DNA of 64,000 bases from Eubacteriales bacterium (GCA_045635225.1 JAZRBV010000014.1:3544-67543), one strand, 5' to 3'. Positions 1 through 10,282 are shown, counted from the stretch's first letter. The notes: generated by a model from the letters alone, not told the origin. Program-made: numbers and translations.

Positions 1-1558
1 TTGTTCTGATGATCGAATTGAACTGCTACGACGGATATTCTGAACAGACTTAAGTATCACTTCGGATCAAGTACTCATAGTCCTCTTGCGGCTCTCAAAC
101 GAGTAAAATAGAGGTACTAAATCACGAAAAAATGCTGTTATTTATTGCTTTTTTGTTGGAAAAACGCAAAATAACGTATAAAATGCCATATTATGGTAAA
201 AAATACCCTAATTTTACAAATTATGGAAATTACTTTTTGGTCGGGTGATTTATGCAACGATATTCATTGATTTTTGCATATAGTGATAGTAAATAATGCG
301 AAATTATTCACTAAAAATATCTTAGTTTTACGAAATATCACCGTTATTTTGGCGTTTGCTTTGACATAATATCATTAATAACGCCCGGATGAGCTGCTTG
401 GAAGGCTGATGAACTGTGCCTGCGGATGTGTAATTAGTTACGCGATATGCAGTGTTTGCTAACGTACCTCGCTTATCAAACGCCAATTACGAAGCGAAGC
501 TGTGTTTTTTGCTCTTGTACGCCGTCGCGTATAACCTGTTTGATATGATCTGATAAGAGATCCTTTGACGCGTGACGCCCTGGCTACTTGTGCTTATATA
601 CTATGCTTATTTATCGGTGATACAAAAACATCTTACCACGTGACGCTACAGAGAGCTCTGTTATCGAGCGAGCTATAATTAACGCAAATAACGCAAATGT
701 AAATCATAGTTTACAAACAAGTAAACAATTATTTACATTAACTGCGTTTAGTGGATACCCGTGTCGAGTTTTTTAAAAGATACGGTACAATGACATGGGA
801 TATTGAGCGCTTTATAACTTAGAAATAAACAACTTCGGAGTGCTTTATCGGATAGAGCGAAGGCAGATATTTTTTAAGCTGTTCACCGCCTCGTCCTTGT
901 GTTCGGGAGGTCTGTACGTACGGATCTTAACCGATTCGCTCGAGTTTGCTTTTCGGATTGATATGGAGTTGGTATTTATAAAAATCGACCGCTCTCGGCA
1001 AATTTAAGCTCTGTAGAGCATATTTGCGTGTGAAACATAGTCTGTTGCCTTTTATCAATACGTATTTGCTCGCTACGCCCGACGAAGCTCTCCGATCTGA
1101 GTATCATTTTTACGTATTACTTTCTTTAGGAACCGTATTGACAAATAGAGGGGCGCGTGGTATAATCTTTTTCGTTAAAAAACGGTCCCTTCTTTCGCGC
1201 TTAAAGGCTTTACCTCTGTGATTATAACGTCGAGAACGCTATTTTTTTGGCTGATTTCTCAAACTATAAATATCTTAACAAAATACGAACATAATATACA
1301 TCTTTTACTATAAATATGTGCATAAATATTCAAAAACGGTAACAATTCGGTTTTATACTATGGATTTTAATGAAATTTGCTTCTAAACGGTATTATAACC
1401 TGATCGCGAGTTGCCTTTATTTAACGGTATTTGATGATTATAGCCGTTTAAATTGCTATTTTAGACCTAAAAAAGTACGATAACGACCGAAGATCCTCGA
1501 TTTTTCAACTGTGCTTGTGGCAAAAACGCAAGCGATGTTCCTATCTTGTTTTAAAAAC

Positions 1559-1596
1559 TCTGTATGATAATGATTGATCTGTATGATAATGATTGA
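1559..1596 (+). repeat. Perfect 19-bp tandem duplication (tctgtatgataatgattga x2)
   Basis: Copies read directly at 1559-1577 and 1578-1596, just upstream of the RBS. Confidence 0.9.
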
Positions 1597-1609
1597 AAGG
1601 AAAATAAAA

Positions 1610-2257
1610 ATGAAAACAACGCTTTATATCGTGAGACACGGCGAGAGTCTTGGAAATGCACGCGGATTACTGCTCGGACATACCGATCTCGACCTATCGG
1701 AGCTGGGCTATCGCCAAGCGAATGCTACTGCCGAGTATCTCCGTGAGACTCATTTTGATAAGATATACTCGAGTGATCTTCTTCGTGCCTTCAACACCGC
1801 GGTGCCGCATGGCAAAATACGCGGCATAGAGGTTATACCCGACGTAGAGCTTCGTGAGATAAATCTTGGAGAGTGGGAAGGACTTTACGGTACGGATATA
1901 GTCGAGAGGTGGCCTGGCTCCTTCACGCCACAGTGGCATAAAAATTACGGAACGTTTACGTATCCGGGCGGCGAGAATAACTATAACGTCGGTTATCGAA
2001 TTAAAGCTGAGCTTGAGCGTATTTGCCGCGAAAACGAGGGCAAAACTGTGCTTATTGCGACACATGCGGCGGCTATTCGCGCTTTTTGGGCTATTATTAC
2101 CGGTGTGACTCCGGAGGAAATGGGCAGCGCTGTGCAATTCCCCTCCAATGCTTCGTATACGGTTGTTACATATGACACAAATACGTTTACTCCTGTGGAA
2201 TATTCACACGATGATCACCTCGAAAGCGTTGGTATTACAAAAATCAAACTCGAGTGA
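1610..2257 (+). CDS. Histidine phosphatase family protein (phosphoglycerate mutase-like)
   Basis: RHG motif (IVRHGES), LREINLGEWEG and the second His motif (IATHAAAIR). Start moved to ATG 1610, which follows the RBS gaaagga. Confidence 0.9.
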   Translation: MKTTLYIVRHGESLGNARGLLLGHTDLDLSELGYRQANATAEYLRETHFDKIYSSDLLRAFNTAVPHGKIRGIEVIPDVELREINLGEWEGLYGTDIVERWPGSFTPQWHKNYGTFTYPGGENNYNVGYRIKAELERICRENEGKTVLIATHAAAIRAFWAIITGVTPEEMGSAVQFPSNASYTVVTYDTNTFTPVEYSHDDHLESVGITKIKLE

Positions 2258-2355
2258 TTTTTAAGCTAAAAACCGAAATTTGTAAATAATTGTAGTCAAA
2301 TTGCTATACTTTTTGGTAAATTCGGCAATATTAGAAACAAGAAAGTGAGCGCAAG

Positions 2356-2706
2356 ATGGAACGCATCTTACACATGATGAAGCTGGACCCGACGCCTTTT
2401 GCGGCAATAAAAAACGGTGAGAAGACAGTTGAAATGCGGCTTTATGACGAGCGACGCGCAAATATTAAGGTCGGCGATGAAATATGCTTCACAAATCGCG
2501 AGAGCGGGGAAGAGCTCAATGTCCGCGTGACACTATGCCGTGTATTTGCGAGCTTTGACGAGCTGTATTGTGCCTTTCCCAAGGAATCGATCGGTTACCG
2601 CCCTGGCGAGACGGCTTCTGCTCGCGATATGGAGAAATACTATTCGCCTGAGGATATCAAAAAATACGGCGCGTTTGCGATTGGTATCGAGCTTATCGAC
2701 AGATGA
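2356..2706 (+). CDS. ASCH domain-containing protein
   Basis: N-terminal MKL..PF.AIKNGEKTVEMRLYDERR..IKVGDEI.F pattern typical of ASCH/PUA-like domains. Confidence 0.88.
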   Translation: MERILHMMKLDPTPFAAIKNGEKTVEMRLYDERRANIKVGDEICFTNRESGEELNVRVTLCRVFASFDELYCAFPKESIGYRPGETASARDMEKYYSPEDIKKYGAFAIGIELIDR

Positions 2707-2900
2707 TTTTGCCTCGTTTTTCTATACTTGAAAAGAGCGCTTTTATCGGAACTGTTGTGTCCGGTGCAAGCGCTCCTTTTTTTACTATTGATCCGATGCC
2801 GATTATTTGGCGCGTTTGCGATAGGAATTGAGGTTATAAAATAAAAAATAAGCACTCAGGCTCCTTCTCATAAGGATGTTTTCGGAACACACCCCGCCCG

Positions 2901-2924
2901 CGGGAGATCGCAGGTCTCCCCTAC
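2901..2924 (-). repeat. GTAG-tagged REP-like palindrome
   Basis: The minus strand reads GTAG-GGGAGACC-TGCG-ATCTCCCG, a GTAG tag followed by an imperfect hairpin. Confidence 0.55.
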
Positions 2925-2996
2925 GGATAAACATATAAACATCGGCAGAGAACTTGTTTTCTCTGCCCCTTTGTGTTATATTGGAACTAACAAAAA

Positions 2997-3041
2997 GCCT
3001 TCCTCCGGGAGGAAGGTGGCACGCGTAGCGTGACGGAGGGA
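2997..3041 (+). repeat. REP-like double hairpin (family also at 10434, 47213, 53367)
   Basis: ccttcctcc-ggg-aggaagg followed by tggcacgcgtagcgtgacggaggga. Confidence 0.7.
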
Positions 3042-3064
3042 TTGTTTTATGCTCGCCAAGGCTC

Positions 3065-3149
3065 GCGCGATATGCACCTAGCGTTGCGCGATATGCACCT
3101 AGCGGTGCGCGATATGCCACTTTGTGGCGCGATATGCACCTTGCGGTGC
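3065..3149 (+). repeat. Mini-array of GCGCGATATG repeats with hairpin spacers
   Basis: Core at 3065, 3086, 3107 and 3127. Spacer hairpins include gcacc-tagc-ggtgc, gccac-ttt-gtggc and gcacc-ttgc-ggtgc. Confidence 0.85.
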
Positions 3150-3173
3150 GAGAAATTGCGGATAATGCTATAA

Positions 3174-3217
3174 AAAACGGCTGAAATGCAAATAATACTT
3201 TACAAATCAGCCGTTTT
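3174..3217. terminator. Probable intrinsic terminator downstream of GH20 (bidirectional type)
   Basis: Inverted repeat aaaacggctga...tcagccgtttt with A/T tails. Confidence 0.65.
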
Positions 3218-3243
3218 ATGAGTTTATTTTTACAAATTGCTAA

Positions 3244-5097
3244 TTAAACCTTGAGGTTTACAGTTGATATTCCGGAGTAGTGAACGAAGCCGGAAAGGCT
3301 CTTGTGAAGTCTCTCCTCCTCAAGCTCCTCGATAGCGTCGATCTCGCCATTGAGATACGCCTTGATGAGCATTGCGGCGGTGTCACATCTTGCCGCAACT
3401 CCCGCATATCGTACGTCGAGATTCTGCCAGCCGAGTATCTTGTTATTTTTGAACCAGGTCTCCTTGTGCCATGCGTGGAGCGCCTCGGTCTTTTGCTTCA
3501 GCTCGGGCAGAAGCTGTGTCGCGATAGTGAGAAGTGCATCTCTGTCGCCTGCCTTATACGCCGGGACGAGCATTTCCGCGATCCTTGTCTTCGTTGCCAT
3601 GTAGTCAAAGGCGCGGTATGCGTATTCGTAGAGGTACGCCCATTTTGACTCCCTCGGGTAACCCTTATACTGATCGCGCGAGTACTCGTAGTGAGAGGAC
3701 ATCTTCTTACCAAAGAGATGAGTGTCGTAGAGACCCGCAAGAATATCCTGCCAGAAGAGAGGCTTGCCGAGGAATCGGTTCGCATAGTTGGGATAATCGT
3801 TAGAGTTTTCGAAATCGTTGTGATAGTAGCTCATCTTGTAGAAGAGATCCCACGAGCCGCCCGTCGATGCCTCAAAGCGCGCCTTTGCCTTCTCGTCGGT
3901 GAGCTCCTTATCGTAGCAAAGCTCGGCAAAATATGAGAGACCGAAAAGGTTTGCGAAGGTATCGCACTCTGCGTTATCGTTGCACCAGACGGTGAGCATC
4001 GCCTCGCGCACGCCGTTGTTTCTGCAAGCATCGAGCGAGAATCGGGACGTGCTCATCATATAGTTGTGCTCGGGGAAGTGACCGATCCAGCCCCAGTTGC
4101 CGCCTGCGAAGATCACGTTGCGACCGAGATCGTTATGCTTTTTCAGCATATAGTCGTCGCAGTGGTGATGCTCGCCGTAGTGCCAGAAGACGAGCTCGAC
4201 CTCCTTCGGTATCTTTGCCTTCGTCTCGTCGCGGATGACGGTCGCCTCTTCGTAGTAGGCGTTGTTCTTGGTCTCGACGCGGAAGTACATATCGCTCCAC
4301 ATCATGGGTATGAGTCCGTACTTATTCGTGATACCGATAAGTCGCTCCATATATTCGTTGAAGATCTCAAACGGAGGGACGTAGCCGTATTTGTTGAGGA
4401 ATTCTCCTCTGCCCATATCCCACGCCTCGTCCATACCGATATGTATTCTCTTCGAGCGGAAGCAGGAGGTGACTGTGGCAACGAGCTCGTCTACAAATGC
4501 AAATGTATCCTCGCTTCTCGCCATCATAACGCCGTTTGTGTCCTTGAGCTTCGACGCCTCCGGCCAGATGAGGTACTTTTCCATATGTCCGTAGAGCTCG
4601 AGACAGGGAATAGCCTCGATGCCGTATTCGTAGGCGTAGTCGTCGATGGCACAAAGCTCCTCCTTCGTGTATCTGCCACGCATATATCCGAAGTATTTTC
4701 TCGAATCGAGCTTCACGACGTCCTCGGTGTAGAGCATTATCATGCTGTATCCCATAACGGCGAGGTAGTCTATTACGCTCTTTACCGATTTGACGGTAGG
4801 CACGCCACAGCGCGAGGCATCGATCATCGCGGATATAGTTTTGAAATGGCCGTCCTCGGTGATGTCGAAGGATTTTTTCGTTTTTGCATTTTCAATCAGC
4901 ACAGCGAGCTCGCGCCATACGTGATACTTTTCTTTATAGTAGAGAGTTGCTTTTTTACCCTTGAGTGATACGCCGATACGATCGCCTTTAACCGCCGTGA
5001 CCTCAATTCCGTTCTCCGACACCTCGTAGCCGAGAATTTTCGAAAGACGTGCGATGCCGACGGAGAAGTCGTCGGTTACCTTAAAGTTCAGCCTCAT
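3244..5097 (-). CDS. Glycoside hydrolase family 20 (beta-N-acetylhexosaminidase-like)
   Basis: HIGMDEAW catalytic DE motif, MIDASR, LYTED, IPCLELYGH and MMWSDMY. Start at ATG 5097 with RBS ggagg. Confidence 0.88.
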   Translation of the reverse strand: MRLNFKVTDDFSVGIARLSKILGYEVSENGIEVTAVKGDRIGVSLKGKKATLYYKEKYHVWRELAVLIENAKTKKSFDITEDGHFKTISAMIDASRCGVPTVKSVKSVIDYLAVMGYSMIMLYTEDVVKLDSRKYFGYMRGRYTKEELCAIDDYAYEYGIEAIPCLELYGHMEKYLIWPEASKLKDTNGVMMARSEDTFAFVDELVATVTSCFRSKRIHIGMDEAWDMGRGEFLNKYGYVPPFEIFNEYMERLIGITNKYGLIPMMWSDMYFRVETKNNAYYEEATVIRDETKAKIPKEVELVFWHYGEHHHCDDYMLKKHNDLGRNVIFAGGNWGWIGHFPEHNYMMSTSRFSLDACRNNGVREAMLTVWCNDNAECDTFANLFGLSYFAELCYDKELTDEKAKARFEASTGGSWDLFYKMSYYHNDFENSNDYPNYANRFLGKPLFWQDILAGLYDTHLFGKKMSSHYEYSRDQYKGYPRESKWAYLYEYAYRAFDYMATKTRIAEMLVPAYKAGDRDALLTIATQLLPELKQKTEALHAWHKETWFKNNKILGWQNLDVRYAGVAARCDTAAMLIKAYLNGEIDAIEELEEERLHKSLSGFVHYSGISTVNLKV

Positions 5098-5180
5098 ACA
5101 TGCCTCCAAAACGTGTTTTTTACCTTAATTTTAGCACAAGTGCCCACCCGTGTCAAGTTTTTTGTGTTTTTTCGCAACTT

Positions 5181-6137
5181 TTATCTTATTCTTTCCCATA
5201 TCTCGGGGTCGGAAAGAAGCTCGTCCATCGCATCGCGGCGGTCGGGATTTTTCTTCATATCGCGTATCTCCTCGTAGAAGAACTCGGGTGTTCCGAGCGT
5301 GAGCGGAGGGAAGAAGTATCTCGTCTCCTCAGGCTTCTCGAAGCGGTAGTACTGACCGCCGAGCAGACCCGAATGGTCGTCACCGCCCGAGACGAGAAGG
5401 TCGCATTTTTTCGCGAGAGTCAAGGCGCGGCGTCTTTCCTCACCGTCGAGCTCGCTGTGCCACACCTCGAGACCGTCGAGCCCCTCGCCCGCGAGTATTT
5501 CAACGTAGTCGAGAAGCTCGTGCGGATGCGCAAAGAGCATAACACCGCCCGCATCGTGAACGTGCTTTATCATATCGCGCACGCTCGGGTAGCTTTGAGT
5601 CGATTTTATCGTTCTTTTGAGCTCGGTGGAGAAGCAGGTCTCCTTCAAAGCCTCGCGCTCGGCGTAGGTGACGAGCCCCCTTGCGTGCATCGTATTGAAA
5701 ACGTGGCTGTAAACGAGCCAATTGATGCCCTCGTTATATTTCAGCACGTCATCCCAGCTAACGCCGCTTATCTCGCCCGTCGAGAGTGCTCGCTCAAAGA
5801 GCGCCCTCGTTTGCGAGGTGTATTTGTCTGCCATATTGTTTATGTGCTCGCGGAGGGGCGGATGATCGGCATCGAAGCCGAAGCCGACGAGATGGACGAT
5901 GCGCCCGGTCTCCTCGAGCCTCGCGTAAAACTCCGAGCCGTAAACGTAGCCGAGACCGAGCCTCTCGCACTCGCGCCGCATTATCGGATTGCCCGATACG
6001 GTGTCGTGGTCGGTGAGCGCTATAGCACCGTAGCCGATCTCCTTCGCAAGGCGTGCGAGCTCATCGGGCGAGTAGCGACCGTCCGAGTGCGTCGAGTGCA
6101 TATGCAGGTTAGCGTAATGAGTCAGAAGTCTTGACAT
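5181..6137 (-). CDS. PHP domain phosphoesterase (YciV/TrpH-like)
   Basis: LHMHSTHSDG, ALTDHD, AHP and SGGDDHSG metal-binding motifs. Confidence 0.88.
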   Translation of the reverse strand: MSRLLTHYANLHMHSTHSDGRYSPDELARLAKEIGYGAIALTDHDTVSGNPIMRRECERLGLGYVYGSEFYARLEETGRIVHLVGFGFDADHPPLREHINNMADKYTSQTRALFERALSTGEISGVSWDDVLKYNEGINWLVYSHVFNTMHARGLVTYAEREALKETCFSTELKRTIKSTQSYPSVRDMIKHVHDAGGVMLFAHPHELLDYVEILAGEGLDGLEVWHSELDGEERRRALTLAKKCDLLVSGGDDHSGLLGGQYYRFEKPEETRYFFPPLTLGTPEFFYEEIRDMKKNPDRRDAMDELLSDPEIWERIR

Positions 6138-6192
6138 TTCGTCTCCTCACTGCGTTTTTGCGACACGTGTCGCATTGTTTTGTGTTTTTTCA

Positions 6193-8127
6193 TTATCTCC
6201 TGTCCCTTGACGTGTAGTTGAGCGTTCCGCCCGCGAGCAGAATATCACGCTGACGGCGGCTGAGAGTAAGCTTCGCCGCGACACGTGTCGCATTTTTGCC
6301 ACATATAAGGGTCACGGAGTCGGCGCTGTCGATGGCGTCGCGGAAGCCCTCGATGACGATCTCGTCACCCTCTGCGAGCAGGTCGTAATCCGCCTCGTCC
6401 GCAAGCGTCATCGGAACGATACCGAAGTTTATGAGGTTTGCCATATGGATACGTGCGAAGCTCTTTGCAACCACCGCACGCACTCCAAGATAAAGAGGTA
6501 CGAGAGCGGCGTGCTCGCGCGACGAGCCCTGACCGTAGTTGTGACCTCCGAGTATTATGCCCGAGCCCTTAGCCTTTGCGCGCTCGGGGAAGTCCTTGTC
6601 ACAAACGGTAAAGCAGAACTCCGAGAGCTTCGGAACGTTGGAGCGGTAGGGGAGTATCTTCGCTCCCGCAGGCATAATGTGGTCTGTCGTGATGTTGTCA
6701 CCAACCTTGAGGATAAGCTCGGTTTTGAGACACGTATCGGGCTCTTTACCCTTGGGAATAGGCTTGATATTAGGTCCGCGCTCGACTGTGACCGCCTCTG
6801 CCTCCTCGGGGCTCGCGGGGAGCTCAATGAGGTTATCGTTTACAGAGAAGAGGGCGGGAAGGATGATCTTCGGAGCTGTGCCGAGGGTGGTGGGATCGGT
6901 AAACACGCCCGCTATTGCCGATGCCGCGGCGGTCTCGGGGGATACGAGATAGACCTCTGCGTCCTTGGTGCCGCTACGGGCGAGGAAGTTGCGGTTGAAG
7001 GTACGGAGGCTGACACCCTTTGATTTCGGGGAGAAGCCCATACCGATGCAGGGACCGCATGCACACTCGAGAATTCTCGCTCCCGCCGCTATCATATCGG
7101 CGAGCGCACCGCACTCTGCGAGCATCGTATACACCTGCTTCGAGCCGGGGGATATCGAGAGAGAAACGTCGGGGTGAACGGTCTTGCCCTTCAGCATTGC
7201 GGCGACGGTCAGCATATCGGAGAGAGAGGAATTCGTGCAGGAACCGATGCATACCTGATCGATCTTCATACCCGAAAGATTTGACACGGGTGCCACGTTA
7301 TCGGGCGAATGGGGGCAAGCGGCGAGCGGACGGAGCGCTGAAAGATCGACGGTGTAGCACTCGTCGTATACCGCGTCCGGGTCGGGAGAGAGGGGAATGT
7401 AATCCTCGGCTCTACCCTGTGCTGTGAGGAAGCGAAGAGTTGCTTCATCCGAGGGGAATATCGAGCTTGTCGCGCCGAGCTCAGCGCCCATATTCGTGAT
7501 GGTAGCTCTCTGCGGAACGGACAGCGTTTTGACACCCTCGCCCGCATATTCAATTACTGCACCGACACCGCCCTTGACGCCGAGTATGCGGAGCACCTCG
7601 AGTATAACGTCCTTTGCTCCCACGTAGTCGGGGAGAGCGCCTGTGAGCTTGACCTTGATATTCTTCGGCATTGTGATGTAGTACGCGCCGCCGCCCATCG
7701 CAACCGCAACGTCCAGACCTCCCGCGCCCATACCGAGCATGCCTATACCGCCGGCGGTGGGAGTGTGGCTATCAGAGCCGATCAGCGTCTTGCCGGGCTT
7801 GCCGAATCTCTCAAGATGCACCTGGTGACAGATGCCGTTTCCGGGTCGCGAGAAGCGGATGCCGTGTTTTTTTGCGACTGTCTGTATGTATCTGTGGTCG
7901 TCGGCGTTTTCAAATCCCGATTGGAGAGTGTTGTGGTCGATATACGCAACCGACAGCTCGGTCTTAACGCGGTCGATCTCCATAGCCTCAAGCTGCAGAT
8001 ACGCCATCGTGCCCGTTGCGTCCTGGGTGAGGGTCTGGTCGATGCGGAGCGCCACCTCGGCGCCCGTCTTCATCTCGCCCTCGACGAGATGCTCCTTTAT
8101 GATCTTCTGTACTATTGTAAGTCCCAT
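6193..8127 (-). CDS. Aconitate hydratase (about 640 aa clostridial/archaeal type)
   Basis: DHN, GICHQVH, GSDSHT, IGSCTN, CGPCIG, STFNRN-like RTFNRNF, and a C-terminal swivel domain with GQGSSREHA. Confidence 0.92.
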   Translation of the reverse strand: MGLTIVQKIIKEHLVEGEMKTGAEVALRIDQTLTQDATGTMAYLQLEAMEIDRVKTELSVAYIDHNTLQSGFENADDHRYIQTVAKKHGIRFSRPGNGICHQVHLERFGKPGKTLIGSDSHTPTAGGIGMLGMGAGGLDVAVAMGGGAYYITMPKNIKVKLTGALPDYVGAKDVILEVLRILGVKGGVGAVIEYAGEGVKTLSVPQRATITNMGAELGATSSIFPSDEATLRFLTAQGRAEDYIPLSPDPDAVYDECYTVDLSALRPLAACPHSPDNVAPVSNLSGMKIDQVCIGSCTNSSLSDMLTVAAMLKGKTVHPDVSLSISPGSKQVYTMLAECGALADMIAAGARILECACGPCIGMGFSPKSKGVSLRTFNRNFLARSGTKDAEVYLVSPETAAASAIAGVFTDPTTLGTAPKIILPALFSVNDNLIELPASPEEAEAVTVERGPNIKPIPKGKEPDTCLKTELILKVGDNITTDHIMPAGAKILPYRSNVPKLSEFCFTVCDKDFPERAKAKGSGIILGGHNYGQGSSREHAALVPLYLGVRAVVAKSFARIHMANLINFGIVPMTLADEADYDLLAEGDEIVIEGFRDAIDSADSVTLICGKNATRVAAKLTLSRRQRDILLAGGTLNYTSRDRR

Positions 8128-8151
8128 AATTGCCTCTTTTGTTCCTTTGTA

Positions 8152-8802
8152 TTATTCTACGATCGCGAGCAGATTGTTCATCGCCGCCTCAACGTGCTCG
8201 ACTGTGAGCTTTTCGGCGAGGGATGTGTCGCGTTTTTCAATTGCGTCGAGTATCTCGCGATGCTCGCTTACGGATTTTTCTATTCTCTCGGAGACCGACA
8301 GAGAGAGCTTTCTGTACACCTTTATCTTGCGGTGTAGGTCGGACAGAATGCGCTCGAGGTGCCTGTTCTGCGATGCTCGGTAAATTATACTGTGAAATTC
8401 GGTATCCAGCTCGCGCAGTTTTTCGAGATCGCGCTTGCAGAGATAGAATTCCGACAGCTCTACCGACTCGGTCAGCGCCTTGAAATCCTCCTTGGTGATC
8501 CTTTCTGCGGCGAGCGCCGATGCCAGACCCTCCAGATTTTTCCTTATCTGGTATATATTAGCGAGATCGTCCGGGCTGACACCCACAACGGTGGCACCGC
8601 GGTTGGTGCGTATCTCGACGAGACCCTCCTCGGAGAGTGTATGGAGTGCGGCACGCAGAGGAGTGCGGCTTACACCGAGGCGAGCCGACAGAGCCGTTTC
8701 GGTGAGGATATCGCCTTTTTTCAGAGTGCCGTTGAGTATCTCCTCCTCTAGCTTTAAGAAGGTGCGCTCCTCGAGAGAATGCGTGTTTTTGTCAACAATC
8801 AT
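8152..8802 (-). CDS. GntR family (FadR/FCD) transcriptional regulator
   Basis: wHTH motif LSARLGVSRTPLRAAL..L..EGLV and an FCD domain (DTEFH, EHREILDAI). Confidence 0.92.
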   Translation of the reverse strand: MIVDKNTHSLEERTFLKLEEEILNGTLKKGDILTETALSARLGVSRTPLRAALHTLSEEGLVEIRTNRGATVVGVSPDDLANIYQIRKNLEGLASALAAERITKEDFKALTESVELSEFYLCKRDLEKLRELDTEFHSIIYRASQNRHLERILSDLHRKIKVYRKLSLSVSERIEKSVSEHREILDAIEKRDTSLAEKLTVEHVEAAMNNLLAIVE

Positions 8803-8863
8803 TTACATATTGTCCTTTTAAGGTGATTTTTTGTGTCCGATGTCGATTTTTTAAAATGAAAAA

Positions 8864-10234
8864 TTACAGCTTGATGCGCGGAGCAAAGAAATTCACTATC
8901 TGCTCAAGCTCCTCGTCGCCCATAAGCGTGGTTCTGCCGTCGGCGTAGAGTTTGTCGATCTCCTCTTTGATTCTTTGTACAAGGGGATCGTGCTTCGAGT
9001 ATTCCTTGCCGCCCTCGAGCGGGAAGTGCTTGTTCATCCAATACGCGATGCCCGCCGTACCGGAGGTGTTGGAGATAGCTACCTCTGCCGTGCGGTTGAG
9101 TATCTTCTCGGTGTCGAAGATGTTGTATATCTCGGTGTCCTTCATAAGACCGTCGGCATGCACGCCCGCGCGAGTCAGATTGAATGCCGAGCCGACGAAG
9201 GGGGTCATCGGCGGTATATCGTAGCCGATCTCGTGCTTGAAGTACTCGGCGATATCGGTGATAGCCGTCGGGTCCATACCGTCAAAGGTGCCGCGAAGTG
9301 CTGCGTATTCGATGACCATCGCCTCGAGCGGAATGTTACCGGTGCGCTCGCCTATGCCGAGCAGGGAGCAGTTGACACCCGACGCGCCGTAGAGCCATGC
9401 GTTGACGGCGTTGGTAACGCCGTGATAAAAGTCGTTGTGACCGTGCCACTCCAGCATATCCGAGGATACGTCGGCATAGTGGCGCAGACCGTAAACGATA
9501 CCGGGCACGCTTCGGGGCAGGGCAACTCCGGGGTAGGATACGCCGTAGCCCATCGTATCGCACATTCTGATCTTGACAGGGATGCCGGCATCCTGTGCGA
9601 GCTCGTTCAGCTCGTTGACAAAGGGAACGACAAATCCGTAGAAATCGGCTCTCGTTATATCCTCAAGATGGCATCTCGGGCGTATTCCTGCGTCGAATGC
9701 GCGCTTCACAACTCCTATATAGTGTTCGAGTGCCTCACGACGTGAGAGACCGAGCTTTTTGAATATGTGGTAGTCGGAGCAGGAGACGAGGATTCCCGTT
9801 TCCTTGATACCGATATCGCGCACGAGGGCAAAGTCCTCTTTTTTTGCGCGTATCCAGGTCGTGACCTCGGGGAACTCGTAGCCGAGTGCCATACAGCGCT
9901 CGACTGCTTCACGGTCCTTTTTGGTATAAACAAAGAACTCGCTCTGTCGAATGAGACCCTTTGGTCCTCCGAGGCGGTGTATGAGCTTGTAGAGTGTCTC
10001 GATCTGCTGTGCGGTATAGGGTGCGCGCGACTGCTGACCGTCACGGAAGGTCGTATCGGTGATCCATATCTCATCGGGCATCGCAAGCGGTACGCGGCGG
10101 TGGTTGAACGCAACCTTCGGTATCTCGTCGTAGGGATAGATCTCACGGTAGAGATTGGGGTCGTCAACGTCCTGGAGCGAGTACTTGTACTGCGACTGCT
10201 CGAGTAGGTTGGTGTGCTTGTTCTTTGCAATCAT
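8864..10234 (-). CDS. Re-citrate synthase-like enzyme (DRE-TIM, isopropylmalate synthase family)
   Basis: ITDTTFRDGQQ, HGHND and GIGERTGN motifs, no LeuA regulatory domain, and co-oriented with aconitase. Start at ATG 10234 with RBS gaaagga. Confidence 0.8.
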   Translation of the reverse strand: MIAKNKHTNLLEQSQYKYSLQDVDDPNLYREIYPYDEIPKVAFNHRRVPLAMPDEIWITDTTFRDGQQSRAPYTAQQIETLYKLIHRLGGPKGLIRQSEFFVYTKKDREAVERCMALGYEFPEVTTWIRAKKEDFALVRDIGIKETGILVSCSDYHIFKKLGLSRREALEHYIGVVKRAFDAGIRPRCHLEDITRADFYGFVVPFVNELNELAQDAGIPVKIRMCDTMGYGVSYPGVALPRSVPGIVYGLRHYADVSSDMLEWHGHNDFYHGVTNAVNAWLYGASGVNCSLLGIGERTGNIPLEAMVIEYAALRGTFDGMDPTAITDIAEYFKHEIGYDIPPMTPFVGSAFNLTRAGVHADGLMKDTEIYNIFDTEKILNRTAEVAISNTSGTAGIAYWMNKHFPLEGGKEYSKHDPLVQRIKEEIDKLYADGRTTLMGDEELEQIVNFFAPRIKL

Positions 10235-10272
10235 TTTCGCTTGATTCCTTTCGTTTGGGGATAATTGTATCC

Positions 10273-10282
10273 TTGTATACAA
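10273..10282. promoter_or_regulatory. Candidate GntR/FadR operator TTGTATACAA
   Basis: Perfect palindrome between the predicted -10 and the start codon of the citrate synthase-like gene. Confidence 0.6.

Noticed and set aside
1024-1221. 65-aa ORF
   Set aside because: TTG start without an RBS, no recognisable motif, and non-coding-like composition.
1-1558. Replication origin
   Set aside because: No cluster of TTATCCACA DnaA boxes and no dnaA/dnaN nearby.
1570-1596. Fur box in GATAATGATTG
   Set aside because: Only a partial match with no inverted half, and the downstream gene is not iron-related. Better explained as a tandem duplication.
2803-3120. ORFs over repeat arrays (also 13024-13275, 37759-37977, 38036-38408, 42895-43125, 53266-53679)
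   Set aside because: These frames are open by chance across repeats, hairpins or tRNA, and the peptide periodicity simply mirrors the DNA repeats.
8864-10234. leuA (2-isopropylmalate synthase) call
   Set aside because: No C-terminal regulatory domain and no leuBCD. The aconitase context favours Re-citrate synthase.
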